DNA of 64,000 nucleotides from assembly GCA_964016885.1 (NCBI GenBank), contig OZ024742.1, positions 162,006,001-162,070,000 on the forward strand, read 5' to 3'. The translations under genes and the position numbers were made by a program. Shown here piece after piece: positions 9,715 to 22,399 of the stretch. Position 1 is the first letter of the stretch. Every line of letters starts with the position of its first letter. Source of the DNA: Eledone cirrhosa. Lineage: Eukaryota. The notes beneath the pieces were generated by a model. That model was not told where the DNA came from, made no database searches, and saw nothing but the letters and a program-made list of their open reading frames with translations.

Positions 9715-9885
9715 TCTGTCTCCCCTCCCCACACTATCTATCTATTTATTTATCTCTCTATGAAGCTCTATCTATATCTATCTATCTATCTCTCTCTCTC
9801 CTGTCTCTCAATTTATCTTGCTCTACCTTTCCTTCCCCTCCTTCACTCCCTACCTTTATCTATCTGTCAATCTATTTATCTCAAA
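9715..9885 (+). repeat. (TATC/TC)n low-complexity tract
   Basis: Directly visible. Confidence 0.85.
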
Positions 9886-10506
9886 CACACACTCCTCTCG
9901 TTTTCACAGATTCACCATTTGTTGATAAACATACATGAGAACCTACAAAGTAAATAAATAAATTCTTAAAAGTCACACGAAAGCCAAGCCGGATATGCCT
10001 GTTGTGAGTGTTATGAACCATTGCTCCCCCCCCCTCCTCTATTTGAAGTATTAAACAATGGATTTATGAGAATATGAGCACATTCTACAGTGTGCAGTGT
10101 TGGGTTGAGATAAAACCAAATAATAGAAATAATGTTAAACATCGACGGCGGTTACATTGTTTTTCCATAACCCAAGACTTATATTTCTAATGAAAGACAC
10201 TTCCTATAGAAACTAAAGCCTTCCATAACCATATTTCTAATGAAGGACAAAAAGTTGAAGAGATTTAGTAAATTACCTAACTTTTGATTAAGTGATATAT
10301 TACTCCTGTATTTGGTTCATAACTTAATAAAAGCTTTTCATATAAAAAATTATGAGAATGTTTTAAAGTTAAATATGAACATTTTAAAACAGATATTGTG
10401 TCATAGAATCAGGAACGGTTTCAGTCAGTTTGGTAGATAAAGTGTTGAATAGCAAACAAGCAACAATAAAAAGAAAACATAAATACTACATACTTATTAA
10501 AAAAAA

Positions 10507-11007
10507 TGTAAAGTGGACGTGTAGGTGTCATGACAAAAAGTACCCAGCCCACACTGTAAAGTGGACGTGTAGGTGTCATGACAAAAAGCACCCAGCCCAC
10601 ACTGTAAAGTGTACGTGTAGGTGTCATGACAAAAAGCACCCAGCCCACACTGTAAAGTGTACGTGTAGGTGTCATGACAAAAAGCACCCAGCCCAGTGTG
10701 AAGTGGATGTGTAGGTGTCATGACAAAAAGCACCCAGCACACACTGTAAAGTGGATGTGTAGGTGCCATGACAAAAAGCACCCAGCCCACACTGTAAAGT
10801 GGATGTGTTGGTGTGATGACAAAAAGCACCAAGCCAACACTGTAAATGTGGTTGGCATTAGGAAGGGCATCCAGCCATAGAAATCTAGCCAGAAGCAGTC
10901 ATATATGAGCAAGTCACGGTCACCCAACCCAACTTGCCTCTAATGGGACAATCCATCTACCCCATGCTAGCGTGGAAAATGGACGTTAAACGACGATGAT
11001 GATGATG
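10507..11007 (+). mobile_element. SINE family A carrying an internal 48-bp minisatellite (~7 units, 10507-10848)
   Basis: Unit tgtaaagtggacgtgtaggtgtcatgacaaaaagcacccagcccacac, period 48 (10507, 10555...). It is followed by ggttggcattaggaagggcatccagcc and the tail ggacgttaaacgacgatgatgatgat. Confidence 0.85.
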
Positions 11008-11789
11008 ACACCACAGAACTGCACAATGTTAATTGGCTATGAGTGTGTTAGATCTCTAATTTTGAAGATGAATATTCCAGTTGTTTGATCAACTGAACAG
11101 CTTGCTTAGGAATTAATGAGAAAATGGGTGGGCATTGTACAAACGTGTACTCTTAACATAGTTCTCAGGGAAATTCAGCATGACAGCATTAAACAAGGCT
11201 GCATCTGTAAAATATGTGTACAACTAATTCTTCCAAGCAGAGTGAAAGTGGAGCAATATAAGAGATACAATGAGCTGAACTCCATGTTCTGAAAATCATA
11301 AATGGTAATTGGATCTATCATATTTCAGTTAAGAATTTTGATACTAAGCTGCCTCAAAACTGCCCCCGTTTGTTTGTTTTAAAGTGTTTATATTTATCTA
11401 AAAATCTTCTATCATAATTTTATGTAAGAACCTTTGTTAAGCTATGTTCCAAATACCTACCTAATAATTAAAAAGTTATAGTACAAAATACCTCTAAATT
11501 CTTGATTATTTAAAAAAATTAATTGAAAATCATAGGTAGTGTCTTTCATTAGAAATATAATAAAGGATGGGCTAAAGACAGTGTCTTTCATTAGATTATA
11601 TGGTAACGAAAGGGTTCAGTGAAATGATAGTTGGTAAAATGTGTTTAATTGTATGATGTTAACTTGCACACACTTTTTAGCTATTAGTTATGTATAGCAG
11701 TGGGACAGTTGTGTTTAGATGAATTGTTAAATATCCAGAGAGTCAACCATTGAAATGAAGCCACACACACACACACACAGTATATATAT

Positions 11790-12252
11790 CATAAGGTTGT
11801 ATATGAGAGCATATATGATATATTTATATATAACAAACATGCGAGAGAATTTTTAACAAGCTGTGATCATGTCACAACTATCTCATTATCTCAGTAGCTG
11901 TGAGAATACTAGCTAGCTATTTCTGGATTTTTATCCTTCATCAATGACATTTACTCACTCACTACTTAGACAAAAACAGGCAAAAGCTTATATGATTTTT
12001 GCATATAAAACATCGGCTGGAGATGCTCATTTGCATATCGTATGAACTTGACAGGTGAAAGGCATAATTAGGTTGCATAAATATGACATTTTTCATCATT
12101 GTATATGAAAGCATATATGATATGTTTACAAAAATAAACAAATGAAAGTCTCGCTATAAAATTTTTAACAAGCGGTGATCATATCACAGCTATCTCAGTA
12201 GTGATGAAAATACCAGATAGTTATTTTGGGATTTTTATCCTTCATCAGTGAC
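11790..12252 (+). repeat. Diverged direct duplication of ~160 bp, offset ~300 bp
   Basis: ttgtatatga(g/a)agcatatatgatat...tttttaacaagc(t/g)gtgatcat...ggatttttatccttcatca(a/g)tgaca occurs at ~11797-11950 and ~12099-12252. Confidence 0.75.
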
Positions 12253-13171
12253 ACACCGATACTACAAGATTTTTAACAAAAATACAGTTAAGGTAAGCTA
12301 CAGCTGCCTTAATATAGTGTCCGAAATCCTGACTAACAACAAACAAACCATGCATACTGACAGCATGCCTCACAAACCTTGTGAATGTAACTAGAGATTA
12401 AACTTGATGCCCACTAGACTACAAATGTCTGTCCAGTGAGCTTGTATACAAAACGAAGCACGGAAAAATTCTGCTCACAAGGCATTGATCAACCCAAAGC
12501 TATTTTAGAAGACACTTGCTCAAGGTGCCACACAGTGGGACTGAATCTAGAACCATGTGGTTGCAAAGTAAACTGATTAACCACATAGTTACACATGTGA
12601 CTAAATATAAACTAAATCTCAAGTGCAATTATTGTCAATATTGTGTTGTTTTCCTGCCTTCTATTACCAACCCTTTCAGCCCCACCTCTCTTCCCCACAC
12701 CCTCCATAGACATACTTAAATGAACACTGATTTACAACACAAGCAAAAACATTTGTCAATTTCTCAGTAGCTATAAGTAAATTATTATGCTGTTCTAATA
12801 TAATATATTATCTTTTTCTCACACCTACAAGTTTGAAAGAAAACTGGTTTGTTTTAATAGTTAAAGTCCATGAGAACTAGGAATGGTTTCTCAACTGGTA
12901 CACATTTGAAATATGTGTTGATACAGAAAACATTTATTTGGTTTAGAGACATGTTAAAAAGAAAGAAATGAGCCTTTTTGACATATTTACAATAGCATAT
13001 TGGTTAATACAGCATGATTCAGAATAGAAACATATATATGGAATCATATACAATATATCTATGTATAATAAACATATATAAGTCACACTGTGGGTATTTT
13101 AAGCTATGACCATGTCACAGCTTGTAGTTAGTCTGGGGAGTGGCAGGAGAAGCAATACATACAGACATTTC

Positions 13172-13586
13172 TTTAACTCTTTCATTACTATATTTCTAAT
13201 GAAAGACACCATCTATAATTTTGAAAAATTGTTTCTAATAATCCAGAATTTTGAATGGTTTAGTAATATGATTAACAGCTTCATTATTATTGGTAGAATC
13301 AGTAGAGGGTCGGACATGCTTTCCAGCATAGTTTCGTCCCTTTACGATCTGAGTTCAAATCCCGCCGAGGTTAACTTTGCCTTTCATCCTTACGGGGTCG
13401 ATAAAATAAAGTACCAGTAATGTACTGGGTAATTACTGGCCTTGTGCCAAAAGTAGAAATAATTATTAAGTTGATGATTGGAACATAACTTAAATAGTAT
13501 TTAGATTAATATAAACAATTTAAAACAAACATGTTCCTATCATAGAACCAGAGGCAGTTTTAGCTGGTTTGGTGTAAAAAGGGTTT
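13172..13586 (+). mobile_element. TTAA-type MITE containing a nested family C SINE (13290-13462)
   Basis: ttaactctttcattactatatttctaatgaaagacac ... ggtttggtgtaaaaagggttta. The SINE is flanked by attatta-like repeats. Confidence 0.65.
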
Positions 13587-13657
13587 ACTCTACTAACTGG
13601 GGCAGATTAATAAAGTGATGGGGGGGGTGTCACCTTTTTAAAAAAAGGAATGGCAAA

Positions 13658-15909
13658 GAAGGATTTTGTAGGTTTAGTGTGGTGTGTAGAAAGGCAAGGA
13701 AGTATTTTGCAGGTTTAATGTGGTGTGTAGAAAGGCAAGGAAGGATTTTGTAGGTTTAGTGTGGTGTGTAGAATGGTGAGGAAGTATTTTGTAGGTTTAG
13801 TGTGGTGTGTAGAAAGGCAAGGAAGTATTTTGTAGGTTTAGTGTGGTGTGTAGAATGGTGAGGAAGGATTTTGTAGGTTTAGTGTGGTGTGTAGAATGGT
13901 GAGGAAGGATTTTGTAGGTTTAGTGCGGTGTGTAGAATGGTGAGGAAGTATTTTGTAGGTTTAGTGTGGTGTGTAGAAAGGCAAGGAAGTATTTTGTAGG
14001 TTTAGTGTGGTGTGTAGAATGGTGAGGAAGGATTTTGTAGGTTTAGTGTGGTGTGTAGAATGGTGAGGAAGGATTTTGTAGGTTTAGTGCGGTGTGTAGA
14101 AAGGCAAGGAAGGATTTTGTAGGTTTAGTGTGGTGTGTAGAATGGTGAGGAAGTATTTTGTAGGTTTAGTGTGGTGTGTAGAAAGGCAAGGAAGTATTTT
14201 GTAGGTTTAATGTGGTGTGTAGAAAGGCAAGGAAGGATTTTGTAGGTTTAGTGTGGTGTGTAGAATGGTGAGGAAGTATTTTGTAGGTTTAGTGTGGTGT
14301 GTAGAAAGGCAAGGAAGTATTTTGTAGGTTTAATGTGGTGTGTAGAAAGGCAAGGAAGGATTTTGTAGGTTTAGTGTGGTGTGTAGAATGGTGAGGAAGG
14401 ATTTTGTAGGTTTAGTGTGGTGTGTAGAATGGTGAGGAAGGATTTTGTAGGTTTAGTGTGGCGTGTAGAAAGGCAAGGAAGGATTTTGTAGGTTTAGTGT
14501 GGTGTGTAGAATGGTGAGGAAGGATTTTGTAGGTTTAGTGTGGTGTGTAGAATGGTGAGGAAGTATTTTGTAGGTTTAGTGTGGTGTGTAGAAAGGCAAG
14601 GAAGTATTTTGTAGGTTTAGTGTGGTGTGTAGAAAGGCAAGGAAGTATTTTGTAGGTTTAATGTGGTGTGTAGAAAGGCAAGGAAGGATTTTGTAGGTTT
14701 AGTGTGGTGTGTAGAATGGTGAGGAAGGATTTTGTAGGTTTAGTGTGGTGTGTAGAATGGTGAGGAAGTATTTTGTAGGTTTAGTGTGGTGTGTAGAAAG
14801 GCAAGGAAGTATTTTGTAGGTTTAATGTGGTGTGTAGAAAGGCAAGGAAGGATTTTGTAGGTTTAGTGTGGTGTGTAGAATGGTGAGGAAGGATTTTGTA
14901 GGTTTAGTGTGGTGTGTAGAAAGGCAAGGTAGGATTTTGTAGGTTTAGTATGGTGTGTAGAATGGTGAGGAAGGATTTTGTAGGTTTAGTGCGGTGTGTA
15001 GAAAGGCAAGGAAGGATTTTGTAGGTTTAGTGTGGTGTGTAGAATGGTGAGGAAGTATTTTGTAGGTTTAGTGTGGTGTGTAGAAAGGCAAGGAAGTATT
15101 TTGTAGGTTTAATGTGGTGTGTAGAAAGGCAAGGAAGGATTTTGTAGGTTTAGTGTGGTGTGTAGAATGGTGAGGAAGTATTTTGTAGGTTTAGTGTGGT
15201 GTGTAGAAAGGCAAGGAAGTATTTTGTAGGTTTAATGTGGTGTGTAGAAAGGCAAGGAAGGATTTTGTAGGTTTAGTGTGGTGTGTAGAATGGTGAGGAA
15301 GGATTTTGTAGGTTTAGTGTGGTGTGTAGAATGGTGAGGAAGGATTTTGTAGGTTTAGTGTGGCGTGTAGAAAGGCAAGGAAGGATTTTGTAGGTTTAGT
15401 GTGGTGTGTAGAATGGTGAGGAAGGATTTTGTAGGTTTAGTGTGGTGTGTAGAAAGGCAAGGAAGGATTTTGTAGGTTTAGTGTGGTGTGTAGAATGGTG
15501 AGGAAGTATTTTGTAGGTTTAGTGTGGTGTGTAGAAAGGCAAGGAAGTATTTTGTAGGTTTAATGTGGTGTGTAGAAAGGCAAGGAAGGATTTTGTAGGT
15601 TTAGTGTGGTGTGTAGAATGGTGAGGAAGGATTTTGTAGGTTTAGTGTGGTGTGTAGAAAGGCAAGGTAGGATTTTGTAGGTTTAGTGTGGTGTGTAGAA
15701 TGGTGAGGAAGGATTTTGTAGGTTTAGTGTGGTGTGTAGAAAGGCAAGGAAGGATTTTGTAGGTTTAGTGCGGTGTGTAGAAAGGCAAGGAAGGATTTTG
15801 TAGGTTTAGTGTGGTGTGTAGAATGGTGAGGAAGGATTTTGTAGGTTTAGTGTGGTGTGTAGAAAGGCAAGGAAGGATTTTGTAGGTTTAGTGTGGTGTG
15901 TAGAATGGT
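13658..15909 (+). repeat. 41-bp minisatellite, ~55 copies
   Basis: Unit g(g/t)attttgtaggttta(g/a)tgtggtgtgtagaa(aggca|tggtg)aggaa. Period 41 (ggtgtgtaga at 13681 and 13722). Confidence 0.97.
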
Positions 15910-16382
15910 TAGAGCAGATTAAGTTATCCATCTCTCATTGCGACATTTGAGCTGAAAAGATTTTGATCACAATCTAGGGTTGATTCTTGGTATGGTACAT
16001 GTCTGTAATATTGTGACAGTACTGTGCAACACAACATTGTTATCTCCTCCCTCCCTATAACATACACAACTGTAACACTTGTGACAGGACAGTGTGATGC
16101 AACATTGCTATCTCTGTCCCTGCCTATAACCTACACAACTGTAGATTACAATGGTGTCTGATATTTATTTGTCTTGTCAGATATTCTTGTCATTTTATCT
16201 TACTGTCCTCCTCCACTAGTATACACACATATGTATACACACACATACACAGAGAGGCAGACATGTATATACACACACATACACTCACTGACAGATTACA
16301 TGTATACAAACACACAGTCACATGCAGAGACACTCATAGACACACATGCATACAAACACCCATAGATACAAAGAGGAAGTGG

Positions 16383-16523
16383 ACAGTACTGATCAGTGGT
16401 AGCAGACAAGGTGCAGACCACTGGTAGTGAACAGAGTACTGATCAGTGGTAGCAGACAAGGTGCAGACCACTGGTAGTGAACAGAGTACTGATCAGTGGT
16501 AGCAGACAAGGTGCAGACCACTG
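16383..16523 (+). repeat. 50-bp tandem repeat, ~3 copies, internally palindromic
   Basis: acagagtactgatcagtggtagcagacaaggtgcagaccactggtagtga at 16431, repeated from 16481, with a partial copy at 16383. Confidence 0.9.
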
Positions 16524-16629
16524 AATGTTCAACACTCATACACAATCACACCAAGTGTGAATTGTTGTACATTTGCTCAGAATGAAGTTTTTATACCCTC
16601 CTTATCTTATGACACTTCTCCTTTGTAGC

Positions 16630-16746
16630 AGAGAGAGAGAGAGAGATAGAAAGAAAGAGAAAGAGAGAGAGAGAGAAAGAAAGAGAAAGAGAGAGAAAGA
16701 GAGAGAGAAAGAAAGAGAGAGAGAAAGAGAGAGAGAGAAAAAGAGA
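16630..16746 (+). repeat. (GA/GAAA)n microsatellite
   Basis: Directly visible. Confidence 0.95.
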
Positions 16747-16901
16747 ATATATATGTATATATAAATGAAGTAATTCCGTCGGAAAGGTCCAGGGAAAAAG
16801 AGTGCTCTATGTAGGTTACAGAGCTTAATAGTTATGTAATAAACAACATAAGATAATTATTTCCAGAAATAATTATCTTATGTTGTTTATTACAACTATA
16901 T

Positions 16902-16935
<34 letters not shown>

Positions 16936-17229
16936 TAAGAAATTCACAAGATTTCTGTTCTGAAATATGAGTTATATTCCATATAAAATGAATCATGCCT
17001 GACAAATAGTTTAAAAGACTTGACATTTCTCTGATTATCAATAATACCTTCCCATATCAAACTGATGTCCTCCATATCTTGAAATTATTAACATCCAGAC
17101 ATTAGGCAATAGAAGACCAACTGCTTAAAGGAAAACAAATGGATAAGTTCTCCCATTCTTTTGAATAACTAAAATTCTCAGATAAACTGTCTTTCTTCAT
17201 TACAGATATTTGGTAGGTACAAAGTTGTG

Positions 17230-17720
17230 AAGGCATGTGGCTTAGAGTTTAGATATTTGGCTCATTATTGAAAGATCAGAAGTTTGATTCCTAGCAGCAT
17301 GTTGTATCCTTGAACAAGACACTTTATGTCACGTTGGGTCAGGTGACCATGTTTTGCTCATACAAAACTGTTTCTGACTTGGTTTCTAGGGCTGGATGCC
17401 CTTCTTAAATGTGGTTGTCATTAGGAAGAGCCTCCAGCCATAGAAACCAAGCCAGAAACAGTTTTGTATGAGCAATACATCGTCACCTGACCCAACTTGC
17501 CTCAAACAGGACAACACGCCTAACCCATGCTAGTGTGTAAAATAAACGTTAAACAATGATGATAATGATCTCCAGCCCACTCAACTGGAAAAAACTGAGC
17601 TGTATCTGTAATTCAAAGAACTGGCCCTGTAACTCCCCGTGTTATGTTGTATCATTGCATGTTAATTTTACAAGCAGGTTGTTCCATTGATTAAACAACT
17701 GGAACACTCATTATCAGATT
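17230..17720 (+). mobile_element. Family B SINE interrupted by a partly inverted family A SINE (17333-17569)
   Basis: The family B head ends ...acactttatgtcacgttg and resumes ctccagcccactcaactgg at ~17570. The insert ends with aacgttaaacaatgatgataatgat. Confidence 0.65.
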
Positions 17721-17786
17721 TGATGGAGATCCAAAGTACAAAGTGACTCAATTTCGAGTTGAAGAGGGGGGGGGGGTATAGTTGAT

Positions 17787-18017
17787 TTAACCTGTTAACT
17801 GAAGCGTATATTTTACACAGCTACAGTTACTGTGCCAGGTTTTTTTTTCAGTAAAATGACTATTTTTTAAAGCAAATATTTGTTAACATATCTGAATGAT
17901 TAAGAAACGCCCCATCAATAAACTAATAACTGCATCTACCTTTGAAGTTATGAACTGTTGAAAAAGAGTTCAAACACGTTAGGATGAGTTATCTCGTCTG
18001 TGGCACTGAAGAGGTTA
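17787..18017. mobile_element. TTAA-flanked MITE inserted in a family C SINE
   Basis: TTAA|cctgttaactg ... cactgaagagg|TTAA (imperfect TIR, 8 of 11). The flanks rejoin as a minus-strand family C SINE (gttgattt...actggtacatattttactgaccc). Confidence 0.6.
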
Positions 18018-19324
18018 AAGGACTCTAGTATTTCACTGGTACATATTTTACTGACCCTGGAGGATAAAGACAAAGACCACCTCTGTAATATTTCAATTCA
18101 GAACATATGATACAACCAAACACTGCTCAAATATTCAGGATTACCTGTCCTCCAAGTAACCAAATAAAAAGAAAAGACAAAGGTCATGGCTGGAATGCTA
18201 GTGATCATAGATATGGCTTGTTACCATGATGGATGAAAGATAAGTCTACATAAGGATGTGTAAGTATTGGTGAGATTATGCTTCATTTGAGGAGGCTTAA
18301 TATGACCAAAACATGTCCAGAATTGTCATAAGCATGCTCAATTATGACTGACCTTAAGCTAAACAAAAACAACAGCAACAATCCTACCCAATCCTTCTCT
18401 AGTACGAACGTAACTTTGGAATTGATTTCCTTAACCCATGCAAACATGGAAAAGCAGACGTAAAAACAATGATGATGATATATACCCAAACACCACTAGC
18501 CTTACTAACCTTCAATTTTTCATCAAAAGCAATATTAAATGACCAGCAGTCTTACCAAGAGCTTTCTTTCAGTAGCAATCAATAAGGTGAGTATTTTTGT
18601 GGTGGATGAAAGAAATCTACACCAAGATCTGGTAAGAACTGGTGAAATTATGCTTCATTGAAGAGGTCTAATATGACTAAAACACATCCGTCCAGAGTTG
18701 TTTCAATACATACTCAGACACACTCCACTGAGTGTCCTCATTCAATTTGAAGTAAATTTGGATTTTGGAATTGTATCACTTGCTTTTCTTGTCCCCCAAA
18801 CCAATACTTTCTCTTCAGTAAGAATGTAAATTAAACATTTGTAAAACATTGCATTAAGTATGTCAACACCTCACTCACATAACTACATGTTGTTGGGAAA
18901 GTTATCTACTTTTCAACAAAGTTACAGTTTAAAAAATGTAATGTACAGTGTTTTGCTGAAGACCTAAATCTATTCCCAAGGCAAGATATCCTGCAAGCCA
19001 GCAATTCTTGTAATCTCACCACAAAATGTCACGAGTTCAACAAATAAAAACACATACAGGTGTGTTCCCTTTGTTCAAAAAAAATATTCATGTTTGAATA
19101 ATGTGAGCTAGTTACATGACCTTTTTGCTTGTAGATTTCAGAGGCAAATCATACAGAAGCAATACATAAAGTATCTGTCCACACAAACAATAAAATGTCT
19201 GATTGTCAAGAGGTGTATTCTATGTATACAATATAACAGTATACAAGCAGTAGGATAGTTAAACTATAGAAATGCATTTCTTTTTATAGTAAACAGCTAC
19301 TGCTCCAAATTGAGAGAACACAGC

Positions 19325-19585
19325 TCCAATACTATGGGCATGTGGTTAGAATGTCTCAGGAAAGAATTGTTGGACAGATTTTAAAGGCAAAACCAACTGG
19401 CAGGAGATGCAGGGGTAGACCCTGAGCAAGATGGTTCAATAACATCCATGAGCTTGGCTAGTCTTGCTTGGGGATCCAGCCAGATCAGTTGGAGACGGTT
19501 GCTTCTGACAGGACCTACTGGAATAAGTGTTTGAGGACTCTGCTCCCATGATCCCCCAAGGAATAAGTGGGCGAAGAAGAAGAAA
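19325..19585 (+). mobile_element. Decayed 3' end of a second RTE-like LINE family
   Basis: tactatgggcatgtggttagaatg = YYGHVVRM, then aggggtagaccc = RGRP, then a (GAA)n tail at ~19573. Confidence 0.7.
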
Positions 19586-20274
19586 TAAACAGTTATCAGT
19601 CACAAAGTTTTAACTTTCATGGTAAGGTCTCATTGCTTTTCTGTTTTTTATCCTAGTGAGAATTTTATTCCATATCTGTTTAACCAAGGTGGTATATTTT
19701 GTACAGCAGATTTAAACTTTTGCTTTGTTTAAGTCGATTTATGCCACTAATATTACCATTATCATTATAATGGTGGCCTTGAAGCAGGTGGATAGTATCT
19801 GACATATTATTGGGTATGCCTGGTTTCCATTGATAGACTAAAAGGGGGTATTTATACACTGCGTGGGTGTGTGGTGTCCGTCATTTTGGGTGTGCCAGGC
19901 ATTCCTGGGTTGAGAAAGTATTGGGGGTTGCAAGGCTTCAGCAGGAATGGTGAATTAGTCATGGGTTGGACAAAAAAGCCAGGAGTATACTAGCAGGTGA
20001 GAACCTGAGAGTCCTTCCATCTCTCTGCTTCTTTGAGTTTAGGGTGAAGGGGATCAGGGGCATGCTGGCAGGGAATTCATGAGTATACTGGCAGGCATGA
20101 GGTGGGACCTGGGTGTTGTAGCATCTTTTTCCTTCTTTGAGTTTAGGGTGGAGGGAGATAGGTGGGTTAGCCAGCCTCCTTGAGCTGCCTCATTCCACTT
20201 GTGTGGGAAGGAGAGTTCCCCATATTACAGTTTTCTCAGTCATGGGTCATCTCTTTTGTGAGGTTCAACTCTAT

Positions 20275-20395
20275 GACTTGGTACTTCTCCTGCAGCTGTC
20301 TCACAATGAAGAGGGTATCTTTACTGGATATAAAACCAAACTATATTTCTTCTGTGTTAATTCTATCCTGAATTAGTTGTGCCATAGCTTTTTCA
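20275..20395 (-). pseudogene. RTE reverse-transcriptase fragment
   Basis: Minus strand reads LIQDRINTEEI*FGFISSKDTLFIVRQLQEKY, matching the RT motif QFGF......IF..RQLQEKY with an in-frame stop. Confidence 0.75.
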
Positions 20396-20404
20396 GTAAT
20401 TTAA

Positions 20405-20640
20405 AGGTCCTGGTGATGGTGTTAAACTGGGCAATGAATTATGTCTACCACTCAGGGTCCAGTTGGTGGTGTTAAACTGGGCAATGGATTAAGTCTACAA
20501 CATAAAGTCCAGGTGGTGGCATAAACTGGCCAATGGATTAAGTCTACCACCCAAGGCCCAGTTGATGTTGTTAAACTGGGCAATGGATTAAGTCTACTGC
20601 CCAAGGCCCAGTTGATGGTGTTAAGCTGGGCAGTGGGTAA
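20405..20640 (+). repeat. ~50-bp tandem repeat, ~5 copies
   Basis: gttaaactgggcaatggattaagtctac units at ~20421, 20471, 20521, 20570 and 20620. Confidence 0.9.
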
Positions 20641-20789
20641 TGTAATTGTCTAGACATGTTGAAGCCACTCTTGTAGAAAGTAGTGGTAGAGGAGAGAGAG
20701 AGGAAGGCATTACATAAGTAATTGATGAATAATTGGTTCAGTTTTTGATGCAGAGTTTTAATCCACTTGTTTATCACTATTGAACGAAT

Positions 20790-21230
20790 GGAGCTGCTCA
20801 TCAGATCAGACCAGGGAAACAATGTTTCCATTAGTCTAGCCAATCTGTCAGTCATAAGTACTGGCAGAATATAGGAACTGATCATCAGATCAGACCAAGG
20901 AAACAATGTGTCCATTGGTCTATCCATTGCTGATACTACCTGACAGTCACAACTAGTGGCAGAATATAGGAACTGATCATAAGATCAGAGCAAGGAAACA
21001 ATGTGTCCATTAGTCTTTCCATTGTAGATACTATCTGATGTTCACAACACCTGGCAGAAGGAAAAGGGAATTGAACTTACAACACGCAGGGCAAAACAAT
21101 TAGTAAAATAAAATAAAATAAATAAAGATATTGGTTTAAATATTAAAAAGAAAGGAGTTAATCATCAGATTGGAGCAAGGACAATATTTCCATTGATCTT
21201 TCCATTACTGATATCTGCAACTCCTGGCAA
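20790..21230 (+). repeat. ~85-100-bp diverged repeat, 4 copies, with a dispersed copy near 6960-7040
   Basis: atcagatcagaccaaggaaacaatgt(g/t)tccatt...ggcagaa recurs at ~20800, 20884, 20982 and 21163. Confidence 0.75.
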
Positions 21231-21301
21231 CATTATCTACAACACTTTACAAACTGTGCACCAGCTGTGCTGTTGATTTATGAAACTAGTACACAAAGTC
21301 A

Positions 21302-21449
<148 letters not shown>

Positions 21450-21739
21450 ATAAAAATCACCTGATGGCATTGTAAATAAGAAATTGTCAACTATTCTACC
21501 TTTGTAGAAGATCAATATTTCATAATCAATAGAGCAATTAATATGGTGCTTTATGTTTATTAATTGGAAATGCTAATTACAAACTATTCTCTTGACTACA
21601 AAATTGATTTAAACTTACAAGATTTCAACTCTAAAATGAAAGGTTTAATGTTAGCTGGATTGATAAACCATTAGATTAAGTTTGTTTGATCAACAAAACA
21701 GCTGATCGGGAAATTATCATGTATATATGTGCATGAACA

Positions 21740-21951
21740 ATGGCTGCTGGGTGAAGAAGTGCCAGTGGAAGGAAACCACGGAAGAGGTAGACCAAGAAAG
21801 ACCTGGGCAGAGGTTGTAAAAGTTGACCTCAAATCAGAGACACACAGAGGAGATGATGAAGGATTGTGGTGTGTGGAGAGATGCTGCGCTGAGAAGGACC
21901 TGTCCAACATATGCAAGTGTGGAAAAGCAGATGTAAAACGATGATGATGAT
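21740..21951 (+). mobile_element. Decayed RTE LINE 3' end
   Basis: VEGNHGRGRPRKTWAEVVKVDL followed by the tail gatgtaaaacgatgatgatgat. Confidence 0.8.
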
Positions 21952-22399
21952 GGCTCAGTATTCCAGATATTTACTCTTAACAGGGAGATTCAGCATGATA
22001 CAGTGTGTGACATGCCTGAGCCTTTGAATCACAGGTGAGTGGACTGAAGCAATGTGAAATAAAGTGTGTTTAAACACCCAACACACCACAGAGAACTTAA
22101 GCCATCACATATCATAAGTAATGGTTTAACATACAACATATACATGGGGCAGTTTACAGCAGTTAGCAAACTAGATAAGATGGTCATGTGTGGAAAGCCT
22201 TTGATCATAGATCTGTTCAATTAGGGCAGGCCTTAGAGCTAAACATCCATGAATGTGTGGTTTGGTGCAGAAGGATAAGATGAGGCGAAACAAGATGGAG
22301 GTGAGATGACATGAAAGGAGACGAGGCGAGGGAGATGTCAAAATCAGAGTAAATGAGGAGATGTTGGAAGATTGGGGTAAAATGGACAAATAGAAACAC

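Noticed and set aside
10421-10927. Repetitive Cys/His ORFs (CRCHDKKHPAHT)n as a metallothionein-like peptide
   Set aside because: A 48-bp SINE-internal minisatellite is open in several frames only because its period is a multiple of 3.
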